Part shown: in pieces, positions 1-11,140 of the stretch | Layout of the letters: every line of letters starts with the position of its first letter | Position numbering within the stretch: position 1 is the stretch's first letter | From: Octopus vulgaris | Taxonomy: Eukaryota | Direction of reading: 5' to 3' | Assembly: GCA_951406725.2 (NCBI GenBank) | Contig: OX597826.1 | Coordinates: 49,662,001-49,726,000 of the forward strand | DNA length: 64,000 nucleotides | Position numbers and translations under genes: made by a program | The notes under the pieces: model-generated | What the model saw: only the letters and a program-made list of their open reading frames with translations | Databases searched by the model: none | What the model was told of the DNA's origin: nothing

Positions 1-76
1 TAATTCCTGAGATGTTCTCAGAACAGCTAGAATCGAAATAGTAATGCATCTATTCATTTTTAATACGTTCTGGCAG

Positions 77-305
77 ATACGAAAATGGATATGCCATCGC
101 TGTTACTTTTCGTCATCAGAGATCACCTCCTCCCTTGAAAGGATGCGTTTTCGGCCGAGGAGACCCAGAACGAGGTCGAAACATCGCGGTGTCTCGAAGT
201 CCGATTACACAGGTGAATCGCGTGTGTTGTGAACATACATTGCCAAAAGGGAAGAGATGTTCTCCGATGACGAATAACAATTGCGATCAGACATTTATAT
301 TCTAA
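77..305 (+). CDS. Putative terminal coding exon of an unidentified host gene (YENGYAIAVTFRHQRSPPPLKGCVFGRGDPERGRNIAVSRSPITQVNRVCCEHTLPKGKRCSPMTNNNCDQTFIF*)
   Basis: Acceptor-like ttttaatacgttctggcag ending at 76. 75 open codons from 78 to TAA 303-305, in non-repetitive, GC/CpG-richer sequence. AATAAA near 477. No ATG in frame, so upstream exons would lie outside the window. Product not recognised. Confidence 0.4.
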
Positions 306-735
306 TCTGCCAGAACGTATTAAGAATGAACAGATACGCTATTGATTGATAAAAAAAAAACTTTTGCCTTTGTGAGGTGAGGTACAATGTGTATGAAAAA
401 GAATCTACACAGATGGGCTTAAATAGGGTTGATAAAGAAACAGCTACTTGAAAAAAACGGAGACTGGTGTAGTGACAATAAAAATCGCATTAAGAATCAT
501 GGCACACCAATGAACATAGTGTGGCTGTAGTGTGGTAATTGCATATGTTAACGGTTTAATTATTGGTTAACCAGAGATCTGACACGTGCCATTTACTGGT
601 TTTAACTGATTAAATATAAGTGTAATATGGTAACTAAGGATTGGTTGTGCAAATGATGTTCAAGAGCATTTTTTGATGGCGTCATTCTATCAATGTAGCG
701 ATTGTACAAGGCCTTTCTAATATAAGACCTGATTT

Positions 736-947
736 AAAAAGGTGGCGAGCTGGCAAAATTGTCAGCACGCCAGGATAAATGCTTAGCGGCATTTCGTCCG
801 TCTTAACGTTCTGAGTTCCACTTTGCCTGTCTTCCTTTCGGGATCGATAAAATAAGTACCAGTGGAACACTGGGGTCGATGTAATCGACTTAGCCACCCC
901 CAGCCCCACCCCACGAAATAGCTGGCTCTGTGTCAAAATCTGAAACC
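736..947 (+). mobile_element. tRNA-derived SINE family A copy with 17-bp TSD
   Basis: GGTGGCGAGCTGGCA head and CTTTCGGGATCGATAAAATAAGTACCAG core. Flanked by direct repeat AATATAAGACCTGATTT (719-735, 948-964). Confidence 0.9.
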
Positions 948-1029
948 AATATAAGACCTGATTTGAGGAATGTATAATGATTTTGAAGATATAATGGCAC
1001 TTTACTATTGATATAATATGTCTGTGTGT

Positions 1030-1380
1030 TGGTGAAGTATGTTGAATGGTTATGAAGCTCCTTTTGCAGCAACAAGGTGCCGGTTTCGATCTCGAAACAT
1101 GCTATCTCGGGCAAATTCCATTTTCTTATAACTTAGGGTCGTCTCATACGTTACGAGTGAAATAAGGTGGACGGAAACTGTACGGAAGCCAATCGAGTGC
1201 ATTGTACCTATAATTCAAAATATAGCCTTCTCATACACTGTGTCATGCTGGTTCTCCCTCAGAACTACATTAAGGAAGTATTTGTCTGTGGAATACTCCG
1301 CCACTTAAATAATAATTCAATGATTAGGTAATTCCTTTGATTGAACAAGTGAATCCTCATCGTCGAACGACGGAGATCCA
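1030..1380 (+). mobile_element. Old degenerate SINE (family B-like head plus a different central/3' domain)
   Basis: Degenerate B box ggtttcgatctc, ctcgggcaa and gacggaaactg..gaagcc motifs match the family B 5' half. Confidence 0.5.
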
Positions 1381-1689
1381 CCACTACTTCCAGTATTTTT
1401 TTGTCACTTAGCCGTAAGTCAACCCTTATTTCATAGACCCATGGTCTTAAACATTCAATTCGTGGCCATCCCGTCTTTTTTACAACATGAACACCGTTGT
1501 TCAATTTATCCCTGTTTCAAGCCGAGAGTATGTAATTTTAAGGAAAATTCACAACTATTTCTAGCAAGTTGTGAAACTACCTGGGACTCCCTTGTACTCG
1601 TATTGTGATAAAGGGTAAATATGAGTGTATATTTACTTGTCAGAGTTTTCGTTATTGGTTTGGTAGTGAAGAAGGAGTTGTGCCATCCA

Positions 1690-2060
1690 TGGTATTTGCG
1701 GGTTCTCAGAAACCAGAGACTGATGCTGCTGATGTTCTTCTGGGACAGTCAGTGGCTTCATAAAATGTATGAACAAGGAACGGATATGGGGTTCCAGATG
1801 TCTGGGGAGGAAGAATTTAGCATAGTATTCAGTGTTGATCGCGGGGCTTGTGGACTAAATAAGGAAGAGATGAGTGAATTGGGAGCAAAGGAGTAGAAGT
1901 GGGGCAAGACGTGTCGGCTCCAAAGAGTAGTAGCCATTGCAGTGGTTGTAGATTATACAGAGAGTGAACAAACTGCATCTAAGGGCCAAAGGCTGGAGTG
2001 TATTGGCGAGTAAATTCATGCTAATCAGTCGGGTTAGCATTTTAGAGATATAGTCGATGG
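1690..2060 (-). mobile_element. Degenerate CR1/jockey-like LINE 3' end (post-RT region)
   Basis: Minus translation LQPLALRCSLFTLCIIYNHCNGYYSLE resembles the LxPLxxRRxVxxLxLFYRYYxGxCSxEL motif. Related to the copy at 2880-3350. Confidence 0.6.
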
Positions 2061-2130
2061 ATTAAAAAAGAAATGTGTATTTATATGTTGGGTTTAAAGT
2101 AGTAGATATGGGAGTAATATGAGTTTATTT

Positions 2131-2355
2131 TAGAGCAGTGAGTGGTAGAATCGTTAATATGCCGGGAAAAATGCTTCGTGGTATTTCATCCGTCTATGTT
2201 CTGAGTTCAAATTCCGCCGAGGTCGACTCAGCTTTTTATTCTTTCGTGTATCGATGAAATAAGTACAAGTTGGGTACTGGGGTCGATGAATTGACTTAAC
2301 TCATCTTTCACCCCCGAACTTGCTGGCGGTGTTGTGCCAAAATTTGAAAACAATA
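2131..2355 (+). mobile_element. SINE family A copy
   Basis: GTTCTGAGTTCAAATTCCGCCGAGGTCGAC B-box region and a tgtgccaaaatttgaaa tail. Confidence 0.85.
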
Positions 2356-2469
2356 TAACAGTTTATTTCGTCCAGGCTTATGCATACATGTGCACAGGTA
2401 TATGATCACCCTTGACCGACAGATGCCTAGTTTAAGGACAGCTAGTGAAAATGTTATGCCAATTATTCT

Positions 2470-2665
2470 TTCTAAATTAGGCATGAGGTTAGTAATTTCA
2501 AGGAGAGAATGCTAATCGTTAACATCGAATACAGTTCATGACTTTATCAACATTGGAGAGATAAAAAGCAACGTTAATCTCAGCAGGGTTTGAAATCAGG
2601 ACTTAAAGAACTAGATGAAATACATCATGGCGTTTTGTCTCGTCGCAGCAACGATTCTGGAAGAC
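2470..2665 (-). mobile_element. Highly degenerate SINE family A copy
   Basis: Reverse-orientation remnants: tttctaaattaggca, aaagcaacgttaatctc, tttgaaatcagga, aacgattctg. Confidence 0.5.
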
Positions 2666-2879
2666 GCATCGATGTCTTTGGGATGAATTCTTGACTTTAT
2701 GATGGTACAGGTTAATAGTCATTTATCAGAAATACTTGGAACTAGAAGTGCTTCGGATTACGGACTTTTTTCTTTCTTTTCGAATATGATTATATATTTG
2801 CATCTATAGAATGGGAGAACTTTGGGGATAGAAATTCGGAAGAATGCGGAATCTTACATTCATGGTGCTTCTTATAGTC

Positions 2880-3350
2880 GAAAACCCCTTGAATTGCAAA
2901 AGTTTTCATATTTGTCTTTAAGGGAATACACGAACAGGGATGAGATTCCAGAAGGTTGAGATTCTTGGGAGGAAGAACTGGACATAGTTAATGGGGAGGC
3001 ATGGCGATGGATGCAACATGTTGAAGAGAAGAGGGGAGACAAGTGGATTGGGATTGCGTGAGTGGTGGAAGCATGAAACCAGTCAGATTTAAGGAAGAGA
3101 AGTCATTATAATAATGACAGAAAAGAGAGAGAAAGGAGGCAGCTTGCCTATGGGTAAGTGTCTGACGTGTATCTGGTAATGATTTGAATTCAAATCATCG
3201 GAATAGCCGTTCTCTAAATACGATCCAGCGCTGTTCGAGATGTGGGAGCGATACACCATTGTGGACCTCACTTGAACCTTGTTGAGTGGTGCTGGATATT
3301 GGAGGCTGGGAAGAGGTTAAACATTTTCTGGCCTTGACAGTATTACCAGC
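2880..3350 (-). mobile_element. Degenerate CR1/jockey-like LINE 3' end
   Basis: Minus-strand peptides QVRSTMVYRSHI (cf. QVRPxMEYCSHIW) and NYVQFFLPRISTFWNLIPVRVFP (cf. SFFPRTxxLWNxLP). Confidence 0.7.
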
Positions 3351-3389
3351 CCATTAAATTACAAGACCTTATACATTTCTAGACATACC

Positions 3390-3629
3390 TATTTCTTTAC
3401 TACCCACAAGGAGCTAAACACAGAGGAGACAAACAAGGACAGACAAACGGATTAAGTCGATTACATCGACCCCATTGCGTAACTGGTACTTAATTTATCG
3501 ACCCCGAAAGGATGAAAGGCAAAGTCGACTTTGGCGGATTTGAACTCAGAAAGTAACGGCAGACGAAATACGGCTACGCATTTCGCCCGGGGTGCTAACG
3601 CTTCTGCCAGCTCGCCGCCGCCTATATGT
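3390..3629 (-). mobile_element. SINE family A copy with 16-bp TSD
   Basis: Near-consensus copy flanked by CATTTCTAGACATACC (3374-3389, 3630-3645). Confidence 0.92.
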
Positions 3630-3849
3630 CATTTCTAGACATACCGTTGTACACTAGTACAGTAGGGACTTCGTGTATTTTTGAGAGAAATGTAGAAACA
3701 GCGACTGGGCGGCGGTAGTGTCGGTAGGAGGTACTGACTGAAACTAGGTTGTTGTTATGTATACGTGCATATATATATAAACACATACATATATATATAC
3801 ACATTCATATTTGTATGTATGTATGTATGTCCACAGATATAATTGCCAT

Positions 3850-4055
3850 TGTTTTTGTTGCTATTGTTTCTATCTCATTCTTTCTACATTGATGACCTTC
3901 GTCTTTCATCTATTGTTGTTGATGTCGTTATTGCAGCTGCTCCTATTACTATTGTTTCTCTTGGCGACCTTGCTGCTACTGTTGCTACCGCTGCTGCCAC
4001 CACCGCTACTGATGTTGTTGTTGTTGTTGTCGTCGTAATAGTAGTAGCAGCAGCT

Positions 4056-4089
<34 letters not shown>

Positions 4090-4361
4090 TAGCAGCAGTA
4101 GTAGTAGTAGTAGTTATTGTTGTTGATGTTGTTATTACTGACGATAATGACGGTGGAAATATCTCTGTTATGTAGTTGCTACTGTTGCTGCTGCTGCTGC
4201 TGCTTTGTTGTTGTTGTTGCTTTTGTTGCTGTTGTTGCTGTTGTTATTGTTGATGATGATGATGATGATGACGATGATGATGAGTCCCATGTTATGTAGT
4301 TCTAATTGCTATTGTTGTAGAGCTGCTATTTGCTCTTGATTATCAAACTTCTACAGTTCTG

Positions 4362-4442
<81 letters not shown>

Positions 4443-4540
4443 GGTGGTGGTGGTGGTGGTGGTGGTGGTGGTGGTGGTGGTGGTGGTGGTGGTGGTGGTG
4501 GTGGTGGTGTTGCTGCTGTTGCTGCTGCTTTTCCTGCTGT

Positions 4541-4639
<99 letters not shown>

Positions 4640-5625
4640 CGATGACAACGACGACGATGATGATGACGACGATAATGAAAATAGTAGCTCGCGTTTATTA
4701 TTGCTGCTGTTGTTGCTGTTGCTGCTGTTGTTTTTGAAGTTGTTGCTTTTGTTATTGTTAACATCAACAATACTCCAGCTCTGTAACTGCTACAGATGCT
4801 GCTGTTGATATTTTCATTGTTGCTCTTCTTGTTGTTGTTATTGTTGTTGTAGCTGCTGCTGCTGCGGCTGCTGCTGTCAGTGCTGTTGATGTTGTTGTTG
4901 TGGTTGTAATTGTTAATAACAATACTCCCGTTCTATAATTGCTTCTGATGCTGCTGTTGCTGCTCCATATCCTCACTGCTGCTGCTGCTACTGCTGCTAC
5001 TACTGCTACTGCTGCTGCTACTGCTACTACTGCTACTGCTGCTACTACTGCTACTGCTGCTGCTACTGCTACTACTGCTACTGCTGCTACTACTACTGCC
5101 ACTACTGATACTGCTGCTACTACTGCTACTGCTACTGATACTGCTACTACTGCTACTGCTGCTACTACTGCTACTGCTGCTGCTACTGCTACTACTGCTA
5201 CTGCTGCCACTGCTACTGCCACTGCTGCTGCTACTACTGCTACTGCTGCTACTGATACTGCTACTACTGCTACTGCTGCTACTACTGCTACTGCTGCTGC
5301 TACTGCTGCTACTGCTGCTACTGCTGCTGCTGCTGCTGCTACTGCTGCTACTGCTACTACTGCTGCTGCTACTACTGCTACTGCTGCTACTACTACTGCT
5401 ACTACTGATACTGCTGCTACTACTGCTACTGCTGCTGCTACTGCTACTACTGCTACTGCTGCTACTGCTACTGCTACTACTGCTGCTGCTACTGCTACTG
5501 CTACTTTTGTTGTTGTTGTTGTGATGGAGGTTGTTGTTGTGATCGTTGTTGTTGTGATTGTTATTGTTGTGATTATTGTTGTTGTTGTTGTTGTTCTTGT
5601 TCTTGTTCTTGTTGCTGTCGTTGAT
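3850..5625. repeat. Compound trinucleotide microsatellite field: (GTT)n, (GTG)n, (GAT)n, (GCA/GTA)n and a ~530-bp mixed (GCT/ACT)n block
   Basis: Directly visible. Explains all ORFs between 3811 and 5711. Confidence 0.97.
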
Positions 5626-6011
5626 ATTGTTATGAAATACCATCCAGCGTACTGTTTGTGTACTTTTGTCTCTCCATTACACCATTCCGTCACTGGTCTA
5701 CAATAATACAATTATTTTATTGCCACTACTTGCAACCAGATGCTAGCATAAGGTCACAGAGTCTGAACGTTCCCGGGTTCAAATAACATTCGCTTCCCTT
5801 TTATATGTATGTATGTATGTGTGTGTGTGTATGTGTGTGTGCTTTTTTTTTCCATACACCTCTCCTCCCCATCTTTCGTTTATGTTTGTTTATATTTGTT
5901 GATATTTGTTTAAATATTTATTTATATTTCTCAAGTGCTCTATTAACTGCAATATAACTCTGAGTAAATAAACAGAGTAAACATGAACCGATAAACGAGT
6001 CGATCATACGA

Positions 6012-6048
<37 letters not shown>

Positions 6049-6949
6049 CATAGATATATATATACACACACACATATATATATGTGTATATATATATATA
6101 AATATTCATTATATACACTTATACATATCACATACATAAGTATATATGTATATGTACCTGCATATACATTCAAAGGTACGTGTATATATAAATACATGTA
6201 TGTATTTACATGTGCGAGTATATATATACGTATCTTTGGGCCTGTATACATATATATATATAAACACATATACATATATACACACATATATATATACACA
6301 CACACACACATACAGTGTGTGTATTAATGTATATAGAACGAAATCTGACCTAAGTTGTCGCTCTTGCTATTTCTAAACGGAATTAGTCATCGACTGTATG
6401 CTAGAACCCGGTACTCCAGCGTGGTCATAGCCCATTTGTTGAAACCATTAAAATAACATAAAAGAACAAAAACATGAAAAAGAAAAGTAATCCTAGAAAA
6501 ACAAATTTAGTATTGTTCCGCCTTGGCGTCCTTCTTTCCTTGTTCGAACTACTTAATATTTCAGTTTTGTATAATCATTCCTCCTCCTCTTCCTCCTCCT
6601 CCTCTCCCCCCCTCTCTCCCTCTTTCCATATATATATATATATATATATATATTCTAGAAATTAACGGTCCGATATTTATTTTATCAACTGGTTCTTACT
6701 TCATCATGAAGGAGTTCAAAGGAAAAAAATAATCGAAGAAATATAGCCAAGTGTTCGACCCGAATAAGGAGAAAACGCATCAAAAATAATTCTTTATCGC
6801 ATCTGAAATATAATGCAGACAAGTACCAGATGATGAACGAAAGATTAAACTGCTATTTAATTTCCAAAAGAGCAAAGCCTTTATTAGTTTTCTCTTAAAT
6901 CTACCCAATTCTACTCCACCCGGCAAGCCACACGGTGTACACACATGCT

Positions 6950-7185
6950 AACTGTTGAAATAGTTCTAGTTGCATCTAACAAACAAGGCCTCCGGCTTCG
7001 ATAATGTCTCTTCTATAGCATTCCAATAATGCACCATAGCACGTACTCCTATTCCCGCCAAATTCTTTCATTCTCGGGGTCTCCACAAGTATATACCCTG
7101 ACATGCCTCAGTGTGTACCGTTCTCAGATCCAGCCAACTATCATCCTATTGCACTCATCCCTAACATACCTAAGTTAAAAAATTT
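6950..7185 (+). mobile_element. Degenerate LINE RT N-terminal fragment
   Basis: Peptides LTNKASGFDNVS (cf. KAxGPDGI) and DPANYHPIALIPNIPK (cf. DPxNYRPISLLxxxxK). Confidence 0.65.
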
Positions 7186-7274
7186 CCCCGGTCTTGCTCT
7201 CAAATTTATGCCCAGTCCATCTTTCCAAGGATGAATATAATATTAGAAAAGAATATAATATGTTCTGCATGATG

Positions 7275-7482
7275 CAGTTATGGACTGCGGTCATGCTAGG
7301 ACATAGCCTTGAAAGGTTTTAGTCGAAAAACTTGTCCACGGGAGTTATATTTTCAATACTGGCACTTATTCCATCGTTCTCTTTTGCCGAAACGCTATGA
7401 TACAAAAACGTAAACAAAGCAACACAAGTTTTCAAGCGGTGGGTGAGGGCAAACACAGCACACACACACTCATGCATACATG

Positions 7483-7529
<47 letters not shown>

Positions 7530-7694
7530 GGGTTAAATGCAACAAGTTGCTCAAAACCGTTTTGAGCAACTTGTTGCATTTAACCCTTATTTATAATTAT
7601 TATAACCCTTACCAAATATGGTCTTTTCCATACCGATAAATCTACTAGGTGAAATTGATTAATTTTATTAAATTAATTACATTCCACCCTTTAT

Positions 7695-7739
<45 letters not shown>

Positions 7740-7744
7740 GTGTG

Positions 7745-7781
<37 letters not shown>

Positions 7782-7955
7782 GAGCACACGCACACACGCA
7801 CACACAGACACATCGGGCTTTCAAATAATATCCGTCAACCAAATTCATTCACAATGTTTTGGTTGGCCCTGGGCTATAGTAGAAGAGACTAGCCCAATCC
7901 AAAGTACCACATCGTAGAAGTGAATCAAAGACCACATGATTCAGAACCAAATTTC
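7275..7955 (-). mobile_element. Degenerate SINE family B copy split by an insert in its internal (TA)n
   Basis: 3' half at 7275-7470 (gactgcggtcatgct..ttttgccgaa) and 5' half at 7812-7955 (cgggctt..gctatagtagaaga). Confidence 0.7.
7521..7595. repeat. Perfect palindrome, 37-bp arms with 1-nt spacer, in a (TA)n-flanked module (7521-7700)
   Basis: TATAAATAAGGGTTAAATGCAACAAGTTGCTCAAAAC-C-GTTTTGAGCAACTTGTTGCATTTAACCCTTATTTATA. Confidence 0.95.
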
Positions 7956-8534
7956 ATACTTTTATAGTTACACTCGATATTTCGACCTAAACTTGGAATT
8001 CCTATTTAAGGTAGTAGAATGGTGAATTTTTCTTCAAATTATTTGTAAAAAAAAAAAAAATTGAATGGTTTGCGAAAATTTGCAAGGTTTCATTGGTGGA
8101 TAGTGCTAACCAACAAAGTGTAGAATATCTGGAAATACGAGAATGCTCCAAGTTGCTTGAAACTAAGAGGTGTGACAAATTATATTGATAAACCACTTTA
8201 AATTGACGCAGGTCATATGCTGAAGAGGGTGGGCTGGGGAGAAACACTTATGAGGTAAATTTGAACCAGATGGTGATTGAAAGAGAAAATTAGATGGTAT
8301 AATAGGAGAGAGGGAGAGAGAGACTGAGAGAGGGAGAGAAAGAGAAATAGAAAGATTTTTGAGTGTGTCGAGAGTATCGGATCGACGGTGTTCCTTTGTA
8401 TGTTCGCACGTTACTTTTTTGTGAGGTGAAGGGTTGCATGTGAAGGGTCGGATAGTTGATGAGATATATGATTAGATGACTTGGGATTATATATACATAA
8501 ATATATAAATACATACCGGGTGTGTGTATGTGTA

Positions 8535-8583
<49 letters not shown>

Positions 8584-8743
8584 GCGTGTGTGTGTAAACT
8601 TCCGCATTCTTTAATCCTTGTTTAATGTTTAACAGGCTGATACGATAATAAATTATTCGAAATAACATTTAGACAAAGCTATAAAATTATTTCCTGTACA
8701 GAAATTTTGTTGTTGTAGTTATTGTTGTTGTTGTTATTGTTAC

Positions 8744-8834
<91 letters not shown>

Positions 8835-9232
8835 GCTCGTTTTTACTCAGATTTGTTCTTACTCCTGGTAGAATTTATGTGGGTAGCAGGTTACTACCTA
8901 TAGCTTTAGATATCCATAAACTTTCAATGATCCTTCAAGTCCTCAAAACCCTTCTGGTAATCTTTTCTGATCAGTAGATGCTCAACAAGGTATTCTCTTC
9001 CAATTTCCTTCAACAATTTGTCTATATCACTATTCGCAGTTCCTAATACACCAATTATTATAGGCACAACCTTCGCCGCTTTCATACTCTAAAATTCTCG
9101 CAATTTCAAATAAGAGATTGTATTTTTTTAAATCTTTCTTCTTTCTTTACAATTCTGGAATCAAACGGACATAATGAATCAATTAGTAAGCAACTTCGCT
9201 TTTCTTTGTCTATTATTGTCATGACTGGTTTA
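8835..9232 (-). mobile_element. R4/Dong-like LINE 3' end (REL endonuclease relic)
   Basis: Minus peptides NKPVMTIIDKEKRSCLLIDSLCPFDSRIVKKEE and KVVPIIIGVLGT. Flanked by (TAT)n. Confidence 0.8.
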
Positions 9233-9244
9233 TTATTATTATTG

Positions 9245-10697
9245 CTGTTGTTATGATTACCCTTGCACAGCTTCTAACGCTGGAGATGTACTACGGTGTC
9301 AGCTGTTCACTACCAGTGACCTAAGGTAACACCTCTTATTTTTCGAGCCTCTTCCGGAGTATTCGAGCGGTTCCAATCAGTGCTGTTTTCTGCAAGTACT
9401 CCACCCTTATTGCAGCCCCTATTTGTTCCATGTACTTCTCAAGATTTTTACTCACTGTTCCCACTGCTCCGACAATTATTGGTACAACTGCTACCTTTTT
9501 CAGCGACCACAACTGCTTAATCTCCCAAGCTAACCTGTCATATCTATTGACTTTTCTGTCTTCCTTATCGCATACCTTGTTGTCAGCTGGGCATGCTATA
9601 TCTATGATCCAACATAGTTGGCTTTCTTTCTCAATTAACACTATGTCTGGCTTCCTATTCTCTACCTCATGGTCGCACTGAATCATAAAATCCCATAGGA
9701 CATTTGCATTATCATTTTTGATGATGCCTTCGGGGTTGTGGTCGTACCAATTTTTCGCTATAAGTCCAAACTTGTTGCAAAGTGTCCAGTGGACAAGCCT
9801 TGCTATATTGTTGTGGCGTCTCTTATATTCCTTTTGGGCTAGTGGCGTACATTGGCTGGTAATATGCCATACGGTTACACCATTTTGTCCACAGATTCTG
9901 CACTTATCACTTTCTGATGTGTTGTCTATTCTGCATTTTATGTAGTTTATTCTTAGTGCTTGCTCTTGGGCAGTACAGATTAGAGCCTCCGTTTCCGGTT
10001 TTAAATCTCTTTTAATCATCCACAGCCATCTTTTTTCTTGCTGTGTCATCTTCAACATCCCTATGAAATTCTCCATGCATTGTTTTCTTTACCCACCTAT
10101 TTTCAGTTTCATTCGTTTTCAATTTCTTGTATAATACTTTATCTTTGCAATCCTACACAAGCTTGACCTTCTTACTTCTAATAATAGTGGTTCTGTTGCA
10201 TTTTTTACATGCCATGCTATGTTGTATTCTTCCGCTCTAATGCTGTGTTCGCATCCAATAAGTCCTCTTCCTCCTTTTTTTTCTTGGTACATACAGTCTG
10301 TCTGTGTCACTTTTTGGGTGGAGTGTCCCATATCTAGTTAGCAACTTCCTTGTCTTTCTATCTAAGCTGTTTAGCTCGTCTACAGTCCATGCGATTACCC
10401 CTGCTCCATATCTAAGGAGTGAAACCGCCCAGGTGTTGATAGCTTCAATATTATTCCGTCCGTTTAATTTCGACTTAAGGATCAGTCTTAGTCTGCGCAA
10501 GTACGCCACCTTAAATTTTTCTGTGATTTATTTCTCCATCAATTTATCCATTTCCAAAATCCCCAGGTACTGATAGCCCGTTTTTTCTATCTGCTTCATA
10601 AGTTCCCCCGACGGTATCGATAACACGTCCATACATTTGATTTTGCCTCTCTTCAAGACTAACACACCACACTTTCTCAGTCCGAACTCCATTCTGA
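9245..10697 (-). mobile_element. 5'-truncated R4/Dong-like non-LTR retrotransposon (RT C-terminus, CCHC knuckle, REL endonuclease), frameshifted
   Basis: MEFGLRKC..YQYLGI..KSKLNGRN..AINTWAV; ORF 9336-10076 with AQEQAL, CRICG..HITSQC, KRRHN, KPDIVLI..IIDIACP, VPIIVGAVG. Both ends in (TAA)n. Confidence 0.93.
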
Positions 10698-10726
10698 TTA
10701 TTATTATTCTGATTATTATTATTCTG

Positions 10727-10775
<49 letters not shown>

Positions 10776-10794
10776 TATTATTATTATTATTATT

Positions 10795-11005
10795 CAGTAG
10801 TTTTATTTTTATAGCGTGCTTTCACTTCACTACCGAGCGCAGCTCTGTGTGCCTTGGGTATGTGCTGTGATTTGTTGTGATGCTCTGATGGTTATTGTAT
10901 GGAAAGTGTTCTGCGTAGGATGTGTGCAGTGCCTAGTAGTGCAATTTTCTGTATGTTATATGTGTTTGTAAGTCCTGGTGTTTTTGTTATGTATTTGTCT
11001 GAATA

Positions 11006-11010
<5 letters not shown>
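10795..11010 (-). mobile_element. Short R4/Dong-like LINE 3' end (third family)
   Basis: IQKIALLGTAHILRRTLSIQ* parallels LQKTALIGTARILRKRLEK* of the neighbour. Embedded in (TAT)n. Confidence 0.85.
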
Positions 11011-11074
<64 letters not shown>

Positions 11075-11084
11075 CATTATTACA

Positions 11085-11140
<56 letters not shown>

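Noticed and set aside
44-232. 62-aa ORF from the track
   Set aside because: It starts in intron-like T-rich sequence; the overlapping frame 78-305 is longer and follows a splice acceptor.
9336-10076. 246-aa ORF as a host gene
   Set aside because: It is the C-terminus of a truncated, frameshifted R4/Dong-like retrotransposon.
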